NCBI GenBank assembly: GCA_963707025.1
Contig: CAVPOM010000009.1
Location: forward strand, 320,085 to 384,084
Source of the DNA: an uncultured Verrucomicrobiae bacterium
GTDB taxonomy: Bacteria; Verrucomicrobiota; Verrucomicrobiia; Limisphaerales; Palsa-1400
Reading direction: 5' to 3'
Length of the DNA stretch: 64,000 nucleotides
Every line of letters starts with the position of its first letter. Position 1 is the first letter of the stretch. Position numbers and translations under genes: made by a program. The notes under the pieces were generated by a model. It was not told the DNA's origin, did not search any database, and saw only the letters and a program-made list of their open reading frames with translations. Shown here piece by piece: positions 47,694-57,735 of the stretch.

Positions 47694-48249
47694 ATTGAAA
47701 AACGCGCGCCCGCACCACCCCTGTCATCGGCCCAACCGCCGGACCACTGAATGGCAATCCGTCATCGTTCAGGCCCTCCTTCGCCCGCCGGTGCGAGCGG
47801 TGGCGGGCGGCCTCCGCTCTTCCTGTCGGCCATGAACCCGCGCGCCATCAACTTGTCAAGGCTGGAGCCAGTTGTCGGAATCGGACGAATACAGCCCCAT
47901 CCGCATCTGGCTCTGCTTCAGGCGCTTTGGCAAAACGGCCTGATACGGGGCCACTTTAGCGCGGTGGCGGCATTCTGCAAGCTTCCATTCACTCTTTTTC
48001 ATCCGCCCTGCTCTGCCCTTCACCTTCGGATGTGTTTACAATGCCCCCCAGCGTTGAATCGGCGTACGCTGGGCAAGAAGGGCGGGGCGATTGTAAATCC
48101 CGTGTTCTGAATGTCCCGGTCCACGTTGCTTTGGAGCGCGGCAAGGAGCTGCCGGCTCTCATTTTCAACCTGACTGATATCGCTTACCTCGTTGCGGACG
48201 GTCAGCGAGTACTGGCGAGGTATTATGGCTGTAGTTTCATTGAAAATGC

Positions 48250-48386
48250 TCAAGCTGGGCCGAAGACCCTTCAATCCTGGCCCAGAAAACGGCACGATTG
48301 CCCACCGGCATTTGTACGCCCAAGGCGTCAAGGCCAACGTCCTGTTCTTCGACCGCAAACCCGCCCAGGAAAAGCCCCAGACCTGA
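48250..48386 (+). pseudogene. hsdM: 3' remnant of a type I restriction-modification methyltransferase (HsdM)
   Basis: ARLPTGI in one frame, then [17 protein letters not shown] in the next, together reproduce the conserved [24 protein letters not shown] block. There are stops on both sides. Confidence 0.5.
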
Positions 48387-48572
48387 ACCCGTGGATTGCG
48401 GATTAGGAAAGAGAGCAAGACGAAACACGCCCACGTAAAAAGGCCAGCCACCACCACCCCGAGGCGAGAGACCGCTTTTAGGTTTTCGTCGCATTCAGCA
48501 CATCGCCCGCTCGCGCCGGGACCACAACAGACGTCGCTCATGTCGCTTGAGCGAAGCAACGCCCGCCTTGAA

Positions 48573-48797
48573 CTAAGCCAGGACGGCCTTCTTCGCTTTC
48601 AGGTATTTCTCAATGGTTTTTATGAGATTGCAGGAATTGGGGACGCGGACGGCGTTGGGCTTGCCCAATTTGTAATGCACCAGCAATTTGCCGACCATTC
48701 CCACTCGAAGATCCGCTTCCGCCATGCGCCAAAGTTGACCTGCGGCCAAAGGTTGTTGGACAATGCGGCGAGGAGTCGTGATTTTTTTCATGGCCAA
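48573..48797 (-). CDS. Hypothetical 74-aa protein
   Basis: Isolated ORF of normal composition. No family was recognised. Confidence 0.3.
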   Translation of the reverse strand: MAMKKITTPRRIVQQPLAAGQLWRMAEADLRVGMVGKLLVHYKLGKPNAVRVPNSCNLIKTIEKYLKAKKAVLA

Positions 48798-49039
48798 TCC
48801 TGCCCGTTCCTTTTCGATTAAACCAGTTAAATCTCCATGATTGACTCCAAACCCACGCCGGCGGTCAAGATCTGGTTTACCCTACAGGATCAATCAAGGT
48901 ATCCCGCGAGTTCGTCACCATCGGCATATAGGGTAAGCCCGAAGGGGCGGTAGTGTTTTCCTATCATTAAGCGATGCATCCTTTGACCGATGGTTTCTCT
49001 ATGAAACACGAAGCGGTGTCAGAACATGCCGGGAATAAC

Positions 49040-50674
49040 ATGCATAAAGTACAAAATTGGACGATCAAAAAGAAAATCATCGCCGGGTTGGTCGCCGGCC
49101 TCGTGGTGGTCTTGCCCCTCGCCGTTGGATCGCACCTTCTTTTCCAAAAAGTCAAGGCGGACACCAAAAACGTGAGGACGGAGGCCCTGCCGGGGCTGAC
49201 GGCGGTGTTACAGATCAGGGGCCTGAGCAGTGAACTCCATATCCAGGTCCTCCGCGCCATCCTGGCCACAACCCCGGAGGACCGGAAAAGATTTGAGGAC
49301 GAAGCCGCTGCGATGCAGGCGACCATTTTGAAGGTCATGGATGGCTACGAGAAGGCGATCCCGCTCGCCGGGGACCGCCAGATGTTCAAGCAAATGGAGG
49401 CCAGCCGCGATACCTATGACGCCGCCCGCGATCATCTTTTTGAATTGGCCAGGGCCGGCAAGGCGGAGGAGGCAAAGGCGTTCGCCAACTCGACTATCGG
49501 AGCCGATTACGAGGCTTATGAAGAGATGGTCAGCAAGATGCTGGATGGGAACAGGGCGAATGCGGAAGAATCCAGCGCGAATGCCCAGAGGACAGCCGGG
49601 AATGCCAGCTTGATCATCGGCGGCGCGTCCGTGGTGGTCATCGTGTTGTGCCTGGTTTTCGCGTCAGCCATTGTGATCGGCCTGAATCGTGTTTTGGTAA
49701 GAATAGCCAACTCCCTTAACGAGGATTCCGGCCGGGTTTCCAGCGCCGCGACTCAGGTTTCATCCGCCAGCCAGACTTTGGCCGAAGGCGCCAGCGAACA
49801 GGCGGCGTCACTGGAGGAAACCAGTTCTTCGTTGGAAGAGATGGCCTCCATGACCAAACGCAATTCCGAGAATGCCCAGAAAGCCAACGATCTCGCCAAG
49901 CAAGCTCGTGAAGCCGCGGATAAAGGCGTGGGCGACATGCAATCCATGTCCACCGCGATGGAAGCCATCAAAGTGTCCAGCCACGATATTGCCAAGATCA
50001 TCAAGACCATAGATGAAATTGCTTTCCAGACCAACATTCTGGCTTTGAACGCCTCGGTGGAAGCGGCCCGCGCCGGTGAAGCGGGCATGGGATTTGCCGT
50101 CGTTGCCGATGAAGTTCGCAACCTGGCCCAACGCAGCGCCCAAGCGGCCAAAGAAACGGCGGGCAAGATTGAGGGAGCTATTGCCAAGGCAGGGCAAGGA
50201 GTCGAAATCAGCAGCCAGGTGGCGCGGACTTTGAATGATATCGTGGCCAAAGTGCGGCAGGTTGACGAACTGGTGGCCGAAGTCGCCGACGCATCGCGCG
50301 AACAAGCGCAGGGCGTCACCCAAATGAACACCGCGGTAGGGCAGGTGGACAAGGTGACGCAGAGCAACGCGGCCAGCGCCGAGGAAAGCGCCGCTGCCGC
50401 CGAAGAACTCAATGCCCAGGCTGAGACGATGAAACAGACGGTGGCGGAATTGCTGGACCTCGTGGGCGGCAAGAGCGGAGCTGTCACGACAAAACCGCCT
50501 GCTCCGGTCGCACCCGTAAAGGGAGTTCATGCAGCTCCTCCGGCAGCAAAATGGCGCGCCACTGGCAATGGCAGCGGAATTGGCAATAGACATGCCCATT
50601 TTGCGCCGGCAATGGCCGCCGCGGGAAACCGGCGCGGTGAGATCCCAATGGAAGATGATTTCAAGGACTTTTAA
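49040..50674 (+). CDS. Methyl-accepting chemotaxis protein with a four-helix-bundle type sensor
   Basis: TM1, a helical periplasmic domain, TM2, and the highly conserved hairpin [47 protein letters not shown]. Confidence 0.9.
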   Translation: MHKVQNWTIKKKIIAGLVAGLVVVLPLAVGSHLLFQKVKADTKNVRTEALPGLTAVLQIRGLSSELHIQVLRAILATTPEDRKRFEDEAAAMQATILKVMDGYEKAIPLAGDRQMFKQMEASRDTYDAARDHLFELARAGKAEEAKAFANSTIGADYEAYEEMVSKMLDGNRANAEESSANAQRTAGNASLIIGGASVVVIVLCLVFASAIVIGLNRVLVRIANSLNEDSGRVSSAATQVSSASQTLAEGASEQAASLEETSSSLEEMASMTKRNSENAQKANDLAKQAREAADKGVGDMQSMSTAMEAIKVSSHDIAKIIKTIDEIAFQTNILALNASVEAARAGEAGMGFAVVADEVRNLAQRSAQAAKETAGKIEGAIAKAGQGVEISSQVARTLNDIVAKVRQVDELVAEVADASREQAQGVTQMNTAVGQVDKVTQSNAASAEESAAAAEELNAQAETMKQTVAELLDLVGGKSGAVTTKPPAPVAPVKGVHAAPPAAKWRATGNGSGIGNRHAHFAPAMAAAGNRRGEIPMEDDFKDF

Positions 50675-50700
50675 ACCGGAAAAGCACCTGTCACAAAACT

Positions 50701-52773
50701 ATGAAACTACAAACTAAAGTCGGATTGCAACTGCTGGGCGGGCTGATGGGTGTCCTGGCGGTTTCGCAGGCGGTACAATATGTTCAGGCGCACCGCTCCA
50801 ATGGCAGGCTGGCGGGGTCGAGCCAGGCGCTGCTCCAGGAACGCGAGCTTCAGAATGTCAAGAACATCCATGCCGCGGTGGATTTCAGCGTGAGCGATTG
50901 CCTGGGTCGCGGGGACATGGATGTGTTCCCCCGGCTGATCAAGTTGCAGCAAACCATGCCGGGCTTCCTGGAGTTCTCCCTTTACGATGAAGAAGGGAAG
51001 ATCAGCGATTCGTCGCTCAAATCCGCGCGCGGGCACAAGCTGGAGCCGCAGCTCAAGGCGGTGCTTTACTCCAAACCGGACGAACTGCTGCAAACGACCA
51101 GCAACGGTTTCGAAATCTACAAGCCCCTGATCGCCACCGCGAAATGTCTGGAATGCCACGACGCCAAAGTTGGTGATATCCGCGGGGTGACCTATTTCCA
51201 TTTCTCGAACGAGGCCGCCAGCCGGCTGGCCGGGCAATTCGGCGAAATCACCACTGCCGCCAATCACCAATGGCAGGCTCTTTCGGTAGGTATTCTGTTT
51301 TTTGGAGGTTTGATCGTCGCGGCCCTGACGTTTGCCATCACCCGCCCCATCCTTAAGACCTTGTCCGCCACGACGAGCGAGTTGAACGGGCAAAGCGCCG
51401 AAATCCGCGCGGGAGCCACCCAGGTGGCCAGCGCCGCCGCCACGCTGGCGGAAAGCGCCAGCGAGCAAGCCGCCTCTCTGGAGGAAACGAGTGCCTCGTT
51501 GGAGGAAGTCTCCAGCATGACCAAGCGCAACACGGAAAATGCCGAGAAGGTCAACCAATTGGCGCGCGAGGCCCGCGTCGCGGCCGACAGCGGCGCGGCC
51601 GAAATGCAGGCCATGGCGGGAGCCATGAATGAGATCAAAACCAGCGGGGATGACATCGCCAAGATCATCAAGACCATTGATGAGATTGCCTTCCAGACGA
51701 ATATCCTGGCCCTGAATGCCGCGGTGGAGGCCGCGCGCGCCGGCGAGGCGGGGCTGGGCTTCGCCGTCGTGGCCGATGAAGTGCGCAACCTGGCGCAACG
51801 CGCCGCCCAATCCGCCAAGGAAACATCCGCCAAAATCGAGAACGCGGTCCACAAGACGGCCCAGGGCGTTCAGATCACCGCCGGGGTGTCAAAGAGCCTG
51901 CAGGAGATTGTGGCCAAAGCGCGCCAAGTGGACGAATTGGCGGGCGCGGTTGCCAGCGCTTCCAAAGAACAGTCGCAGGGCATCGAACAGGTCAACATTG
52001 CGGTGGCGCAGATGGACAAGGCCACGCAGAGCAATGCCGCCAGCGCCGAGGAGAGCGCCGCGGCCGCGGAACAACTCAACGGTCAAGCCGCAATCATGAA
52101 AGAATCCATCCTGGAATTGTTGAAACTCGTCAATGGCAGCAGCCAGACGGTCTTGTCCGCGTCAGTGCCCCACACCCATGGTGGCGGCTCGTCCCGCAGC
52201 CCGATCAAAGCAGCTTCACATCCAAGGGGGAACGGAAAATCCGGCCATTTGTCATCCTCTCCGCAGGGCGGCCCGGCAGCGGGACCGCGGGCGATGCAGG
52301 CAGGCTTGGTTGCCTGGGACGAGTCATCCATGTCCACCGGCGTGGAATCGGTTGATGCCCAGCATCAAGATTTGATCCGGAACATTAATGAGCTGCACAG
52401 GGCCTTTCTGGCCGGGACGGCGAAGGAAGAGTTGCTCAAAATGCTGGTTTTCCTCGGCGAATACGTCCAAACGCATTTCCAGCATGAGGAGCGGGTCATG
52501 CAAGAGCATCAATGCCCCGTTCGCGGCAAGAACAAGGCCGCGCATGACCAGTTTCTGAAAGATTTCGCAAGCCTGCACGAAATCGTGAAACGGGAGGGAT
52601 CCTCCACCTCGGCGGCCATGCAAATCAAGACCATGCTGGGCAACTGGCTGAAAAATCATATTTGCACCGTGGACACTCATTTGCGCGGCTGCCGCCAGAC
52701 GCCCCCGGCCTTGGAAAATGCCGGGTATGGCCGGAGCGAGATCCCGATGGCAGGCGAATTAAAAGCCTTTTAA
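50701..52773 (+). CDS. Methyl-accepting chemotaxis protein with a periplasmic CxxCH site and a C-terminal hemerythrin-like domain
   Basis: Periplasmic AKCLECHD, the MCP hairpin [30 protein letters not shown], and then the hemerythrin ligand pattern ([28 protein letters not shown]). Confidence 0.9.
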   Translation: MKLQTKVGLQLLGGLMGVLAVSQAVQYVQAHRSNGRLAGSSQALLQERELQNVKNIHAAVDFSVSDCLGRGDMDVFPRLIKLQQTMPGFLEFSLYDEEGKISDSSLKSARGHKLEPQLKAVLYSKPDELLQTTSNGFEIYKPLIATAKCLECHDAKVGDIRGVTYFHFSNEAASRLAGQFGEITTAANHQWQALSVGILFFGGLIVAALTFAITRPILKTLSATTSELNGQSAEIRAGATQVASAAATLAESASEQAASLEETSASLEEVSSMTKRNTENAEKVNQLAREARVAADSGAAEMQAMAGAMNEIKTSGDDIAKIIKTIDEIAFQTNILALNAAVEAARAGEAGLGFAVVADEVRNLAQRAAQSAKETSAKIENAVHKTAQGVQITAGVSKSLQEIVAKARQVDELAGAVASASKEQSQGIEQVNIAVAQMDKATQSNAASAEESAAAAEQLNGQAAIMKESILELLKLVNGSSQTVLSASVPHTHGGGSSRSPIKAASHPRGNGKSGHLSSSPQGGPAAGPRAMQAGLVAWDESSMSTGVESVDAQHQDLIRNINELHRAFLAGTAKEELLKMLVFLGEYVQTHFQHEERVMQEHQCPVRGKNKAAHDQFLKDFASLHEIVKREGSSTSAAMQIKTMLGNWLKNHICTVDTHLRGCRQTPPALENAGYGRSEIPMAGELKAF

Positions 52774-52791
52774 TTCCCACCCGAACCAACC

Positions 52792-53310
52792 ATGACTACC
52801 TCGACAATACTGCCGACCGCCACCGGCAAGGCCGGCGCTGCCGCGGGAAAGTATCTTACCCTGACACTGGGTGGGGAGTCCTACGGAATCGCCGTAACCA
52901 AGGTGCGGGAGATCATCCGCCCGATGAAAATAACCTTGGTGCCGCAGATGCCCAATTTCGTCAAGGGCGTGATCAACCTGCGCGGCAAGGTGATTCCGAT
53001 CGTGGACCTGCGGCTGAGATTTCAAATGCCCGAGGTCCCGGCCACCGAGCGGACCTGCATTGTGGTTGTTCAAGTTATGCTGGGTAACGGCACGGAGGCT
53101 TTGATGGGCCTGGTGGTGGACGGCGTGGAGGAAGTCGCCAACATCCCGGCGGCCGATATGGAGCCGACGCCCGATTTTGGCACCTGCCTGGACGCCGCCT
53201 ACATTATCGGCATGGCCAAGGTCAAGGGCGCGGTAAAAACACTGCTGGACATTGACCGGCTGCTCAAAGAAGAAACCGGCGCTCCCCTCCCGAACGGGGC
53301 TGAAGCGTGA
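52792..53310 (+). CDS. cheW: CheW coupling protein
   Basis: YLTLTLGGESYGIAVTKVREI...VPQMPNFVKGVINLRGKVIPIVDLR. Confidence 0.9.
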   Translation: MTTSTILPTATGKAGAAAGKYLTLTLGGESYGIAVTKVREIIRPMKITLVPQMPNFVKGVINLRGKVIPIVDLRLRFQMPEVPATERTCIVVVQVMLGNGTEALMGLVVDGVEEVANIPAADMEPTPDFGTCLDAAYIIGMAKVKGAVKTLLDIDRLLKEETGAPLPNGAEA

Positions 53311-53333
53311 AGCCCAAACAGAATTGACGCGCC

Positions 53334-55499
53334 ATGAACCCAGAAGCAGTCGCCGCGCTGAAAAGCCTTTCGGAAAAGATCGCCCGCGAGCTGGTTTTCG
53401 CCGAACCCGGCAAAGACCTTGGTCTGCTGCCGGTGAACAGTCTGCTCATCCAGATCGAGGAACATCTGGCCCAAACGGGCTGTGCGGACCCGTTGCCGCA
53501 GGCGGCTCGTTTGGCGCGCCGCTGGGTGGAAGGCATCATTGAATCCACCGGCACCTTCAGCGTCTCCGGCCTGAAGCGGTTGGGAGAATGGGCGGCTTGG
53601 TTGCAGGCGGGGGTACAGGCGCTCGAGAGCCAAAGTGACATGCCGGCGATACCCGGCGGTTGGGAAAGTCTGAATATCGAGGCGGGCGCGCCGGAACCGG
53701 CTGCGCCGGAAGAATTGCCGGATCAATCTGAACCGGCGCTGCTGCTGAATCTGGATCAGGATGGTGAGTTGCTGCGGGAGTTCATCAACGAATCCCAGGA
53801 GCACTTGGAGAACATCGAACAAGGTGTGCTCGTCCTGGAGGAAAACCCGTCGGACGCGGAGACGCTGAACTCGATCTTCCGGGCCTTTCACACCTTCAAA
53901 GGCGGTTCGGGCTTCTTAAACCTGGAGGCCATCAAGACACTGGCGCACGAGCTGGAATCGGTGCTGGATCTGGCCCGGCAACAAAAGCTGGCCATCACAC
54001 CCGAGGTCATCAATCTCATCCTGGAGGGCGGGGACACGCTCCAGCGGTTTATGGGTGAGATCGGCGCCCGCCTGTCCGGCCAACAACCGGCAGGTCCGAT
54101 TATCGTGCCGACCTTGCATTTGCTGGGATGCGTCCGGGAGGTGCTGGCGCGTGGCACAGGGTCTTCGGCTCCAGAGACCGCCACGGCGATTCGTCCCGTC
54201 GTTGCCGCCGCAATCCCACCCGCGCCAGCGGAGTCCCGAAGTTCCGGCGCGAGGGCTGTCGCTGAAACCGCCTTGGAAATCAAGCCGGGAAGTCCGGGCA
54301 AAACCCGGACCATTGCTCCCGGCACCTCCATCAAGGTGGATACGTTGAAGCTGGACAGCCTGGTTGATCTGGTGGGCGAACTGGTGATTGCGCAATCGTT
54401 GATCATCCAGAACCGGAATCTCAACACTTCGCGGGACGAGCAACTGACCCGGGATCTGGCGCAACTCGGGCACATCAGCAAGGATTTGCAACGCACGGCC
54501 ATGTCTCTGCGCATGGTGCCGATCAGCGCGACCTTTCAAAAGATGCACCGGCTGGTGCGCGACCTCACAGCCAAGGTGGGCAAACAGGTGGAGTTAGTGA
54601 CCGAAGGGGAAGACACCGAACTGGATCGCACCATTGTGGAGGAGATCAGCGATCCGCTGGCGCACATGGTTCGCAACTCCGTGGACCACGGGATCGAAAA
54701 GGAAGCCCTCCGGCAACAGCGCGGCAAGCCGGCGCGCGGCACGGTGTTCCTCAGGGCCTTTCACCAGGGCGGCAACATTGTCATCGAGATCAGGGACGAC
54801 GGCAACGGTCTGGACCGGGAACGGATTCTGGCCAAGGCGCTGGAGCAGGGTTTGGTGAAGCCGGATGAACAACTTTCGGACAGCCAGATCTTCCATCTCA
54901 TTCTTGCCGCCGGGTTTTCCACGGCGGAAACCGTTACCGATCTTTCCGGTCGCGGAGTCGGATTGGATGTAGTGCGCCGCAACATCGAGAAACTGCGCGG
55001 CAAGATCGAGATTCAATCCAATCCGGGACAAGGCTCCACCTTCCGCATTTATGTGCCACTCACCCTGGCCATCATTGACGGCCTGCTCGTCGGCGTGGGA
55101 GAACACCGTTACATTGTACCGACGTTATCGGTGTGCGAATCGTTCCAGCCGAAGGTCGAGATGATCCAGACGGTGCATGGGCGCGGTGAACTGATCAACG
55201 TGCGCGGCCGGTTGCTGCCGCTGCTGCGCCTTTACTCGCATCTGGGGATTCAGCCGGTGACGACCGATCCGGCGCGGTCCATCGTGGTGGTGGTGGAAGC
55301 GGGCAAAGAGGCCCGTTGCCTGCTGGTGGACCAACTGCTCGGCAAGCAGGAAGTCGTCATCAAGAGCCTGGGTGAAACTTTCGCCGCCAACCGTTGTCTG
55401 GCCGGAGCGGCCATCCTGGGCGACGGGCGCGTCGGGCTGATTCTCGATCCCCAGGCGTTGGTGCGTCTTGAATCCGCCCCCATGGAGGCGGCGGCTTGA
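53334..55499 (+). CDS. cheA: CheA histidine kinase
   Basis: Hpt motif FRAFHTFKGGSG, a dimerisation domain, the HATPase block (HMVRNSVDHGIE, DDGNGLD, GRGVGLDVV), and a C-terminal CheW-like domain. Confidence 0.92.
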   Translation: MNPEAVAALKSLSEKIARELVFAEPGKDLGLLPVNSLLIQIEEHLAQTGCADPLPQAARLARRWVEGIIESTGTFSVSGLKRLGEWAAWLQAGVQALESQSDMPAIPGGWESLNIEAGAPEPAAPEELPDQSEPALLLNLDQDGELLREFINESQEHLENIEQGVLVLEENPSDAETLNSIFRAFHTFKGGSGFLNLEAIKTLAHELESVLDLARQQKLAITPEVINLILEGGDTLQRFMGEIGARLSGQQPAGPIIVPTLHLLGCVREVLARGTGSSAPETATAIRPVVAAAIPPAPAESRSSGARAVAETALEIKPGSPGKTRTIAPGTSIKVDTLKLDSLVDLVGELVIAQSLIIQNRNLNTSRDEQLTRDLAQLGHISKDLQRTAMSLRMVPISATFQKMHRLVRDLTAKVGKQVELVTEGEDTELDRTIVEEISDPLAHMVRNSVDHGIEKEALRQQRGKPARGTVFLRAFHQGGNIVIEIRDDGNGLDRERILAKALEQGLVKPDEQLSDSQIFHLILAAGFSTAETVTDLSGRGVGLDVVRRNIEKLRGKIEIQSNPGQGSTFRIYVPLTLAIIDGLLVGVGEHRYIVPTLSVCESFQPKVEMIQTVHGRGELINVRGRLLPLLRLYSHLGIQPVTTDPARSIVVVVEAGKEARCLLVDQLLGKQEVVIKSLGETFAANRCLAGAAILGDGRVGLILDPQALVRLESAPMEAAA

Positions 55500-55515
55500 T
55501 GGCCCCGGCAAGAGG

Positions 55516-56355
55516 ATGCAGGCGATGACCACCATGAAGGCCGAGTCGGAGGCGTACCGCTACATCATCGAACTGGTCCACCACCGCTGCGGCATCCGAT
55601 TGCACCAGGGCAAGGAAGCGCTCATCAAAGCGCGGTTGGGCAAACGCCTGCGCCACTTCAGTTTCGCCAGCCTGGCCGCCTACTGCGACTTTCTCCAGTC
55701 TGGTGGCAACAACGAGGAGGAATTGGAGCTGATGACCGAGGCGTTGACTACAAATTTCACCGGCTTTCTGCGCGAGGAAAGCCATTTCAAGTTCATGGTG
55801 GACCAAGGGCTGCCTGCGCTGCTTGCCCCGGGCTCGAGCAAAATCCGGGTCTGGAGCGCCGCCAGTTCCACCGGGGAAGAGCCTTACTCGATCGCCTTCT
55901 ATCTGGGCGACCGTCATCCGCCTGAAGAAGGATGGGACTGGCGGATCACCGCCTCGGACATTTCCACCAAAGTGCTGGGCAAGGCGCGCCAGGCGATTTA
56001 TGCGCAAGAGCGGGTGCAGGGGCTGCCCAGGGAATGGCTGCGCAAATACTTTCAAAAGGGCACCGGCCCGTGGGAAGGCCACTATCGCATCAAAAGCAGC
56101 CTGGCCGAACGGGTGACCTTCCAGCAGATCAATTTGATCGAACCCTACTGCCATGCGGAGCCGTTCCAGATCATCTTCTGTCGCAACGTCATGATTTATT
56201 TCGACCGTTCCACCCAGGAACAACTGGTCAAACAGCTCTGCCGCTTTCTGGTGCCCAATGGTTATCTTCTCATCGGCCACTCCGAGAGCCTCAACGGCCT
56301 GAACCTTCCGCTGCGCTGCCTGCGGCCCAGCATCTACCAAAGGAGCCAAGCCTGA
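55516..56355 (+). CDS. cheR: CheR chemotaxis methyltransferase
   Basis: TTNFTGFLREESHF, VWSAASSTGEEPYSIA and IFCRNVMIYFD. An AAGAGG ribosome-binding site lies before the ATG. Confidence 0.9.
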   Translation: MQAMTTMKAESEAYRYIIELVHHRCGIRLHQGKEALIKARLGKRLRHFSFASLAAYCDFLQSGGNNEEELELMTEALTTNFTGFLREESHFKFMVDQGLPALLAPGSSKIRVWSAASSTGEEPYSIAFYLGDRHPPEEGWDWRITASDISTKVLGKARQAIYAQERVQGLPREWLRKYFQKGTGPWEGHYRIKSSLAERVTFQQINLIEPYCHAEPFQIIFCRNVMIYFDRSTQEQLVKQLCRFLVPNGYLLIGHSESLNGLNLPLRCLRPSIYQRSQA

Positions 56356-56357
56356 AT

Positions 56358-56903
56358 ATGGGAAGCCCGTCCCTGAGCGCCATCGCCGAGTTTGAAAGCA
56401 AGCTGATCGTCGGAGTCGGCGGACTGGCGGTTTCCAACAATCAAGCCATGACCCTGACGACCTATTCGCTGGGTTCCTGCCTGGGCATAACCATTTACGA
56501 TCCGGTGACCCGCGCGGGCGGATTGTTGCACGCCATGCTGCCGGATTCTTCGATCAATTCCGCCAAAGCCAGCGAGCAACCGGCCATGTTTGTGGATACG
56601 GGGATTGGCGCTTTGTTCCGCGCGGCCTACGCGCTGAAGGCGGAAAAACACCGGATGCAAATCTGCGTGGCTGGCGGCGCCCAGTTCATGGACAAATCCG
56701 GCTTTTTCAACATCGGTCAGCGCAACTACGCCTGTCTGGCCCAACTGCTCGGCCAGCATGGCTTGGTCATTGACGCGGCGGACGTGGGAGGACTGGTCAG
56801 TCGGACCTTGAATCTGCGCTTAAAGACCGGGGAGGTGCGCCTGAAAAGTTCCAGCCTGAGCGAAGAAACCATTCTGTTTAGAGGTTATGCAAGCGTTGGA
56901 TAA
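56358..56903 (+). CDS. cheD: CheD chemoreceptor glutamine deamidase (copy 2)
   Basis: TTYSLGSCLGITIYDP...AGGLLHAMLP...PAMFVDTG...NIGQRN. Confidence 0.85.
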   Translation: MGSPSLSAIAEFESKLIVGVGGLAVSNNQAMTLTTYSLGSCLGITIYDPVTRAGGLLHAMLPDSSINSAKASEQPAMFVDTGIGALFRAAYALKAEKHRMQICVAGGAQFMDKSGFFNIGQRNYACLAQLLGQHGLVIDAADVGGLVSRTLNLRLKTGEVRLKSSSLSEETILFRGYASVG

Positions 56904-57735
56904 CTACATTGACTCGGTGAAGACCCTGCCGCCAGCCCCGCGGGTTCTGCCGCAGTTGCTCGTGCTCTTGAACTTGGACGACACCGACGCCCGGGAGATT
57001 GTGGACCTTATTTCGCTGGATCCGGCCTTGACGGCGAAGGTGCTGCAGCACTGCAACAACGCGGCATCCGGCCGGTCCTGCGCCGTCTCCGATCCGGCGG
57101 AGGCGGTGACGCAAGCCGGCTTCGGCGCCATTTACCGGTTGGTGGCGATGGTGGTGGGCGAAAGCCTGCTGGGATCGGCCCAACAAGGCTACGGCATTGG
57201 CGCGGGCGAATTGTGGGAGCATTCGGTCACGACCGCGGTGGCGGCCAGGGTCATTGCCGGCAAACTGGGCGGCGAGGACAATCTGGCGTTTACGGCGGGG
57301 CTGCTCCATGACATCGGCAAACTGGTGCTCGGCGCTTTTCTGGAGGGCATGCAACCGTCGGTTTCGAGAGAAACCGGGCCGTCCGGCCATTCCTTTCTGG
57401 AAGCAGAGAAAGCCATTCTTGGGGTGGATCACGAGGAAATCGGCGGGCGGCTGCTGGCGCGGTGGAATTTCCCGGAAAAGCTGGCGGCAGCGGTGCGGTG
57501 CCATCACGACCCGGCCCAAGCCCGGCCGCATGAGCAACTGGCCGCTTATGTTCATCTGGGAGACATCATCGCCCACTGTCTTGGGCAGGCCCAAGGGTAT
57601 GAATCCTTCGCCGTGCGGACCCGGCCGGAGGCGCTGGAGATTTTGGAAATCAGCCCAAGGGAAATCGAGACGCTCGTCCTCGAAACAGACGCGGCCTTGC
57701 AACAATGCCACGGGTTCACCCGCACCAGATCATGA
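56887..57735 (+). CDS. HDOD domain protein (copy 2)
   Basis: LPPAPRVLPQLLVLL...LISLDPALTAKVLQHCNNA...AVTQAGF...LLHDIGK. It overlaps the cheD 3' end by 17 nt, and its stop overlaps the cheB ATG. Confidence 0.8.
   Translation: MQALDNYIDSVKTLPPAPRVLPQLLVLLNLDDTDAREIVDLISLDPALTAKVLQHCNNAASGRSCAVSDPAEAVTQAGFGAIYRLVAMVVGESLLGSAQQGYGIGAGELWEHSVTTAVAARVIAGKLGGEDNLAFTAGLLHDIGKLVLGAFLEGMQPSVSRETGPSGHSFLEAEKAILGVDHEEIGGRLLARWNFPEKLAAAVRCHHDPAQARPHEQLAAYVHLGDIIAHCLGQAQGYESFAVRTRPEALEILEISPREIETLVLETDAALQQCHGFTRTRS

Noticed and set aside
48020-48559. 179-aa minus-strand ORF.
   Set aside because: It is antisense to the hsdM relic, has no recognisable domain, and lies in a region that otherwise looks degraded.
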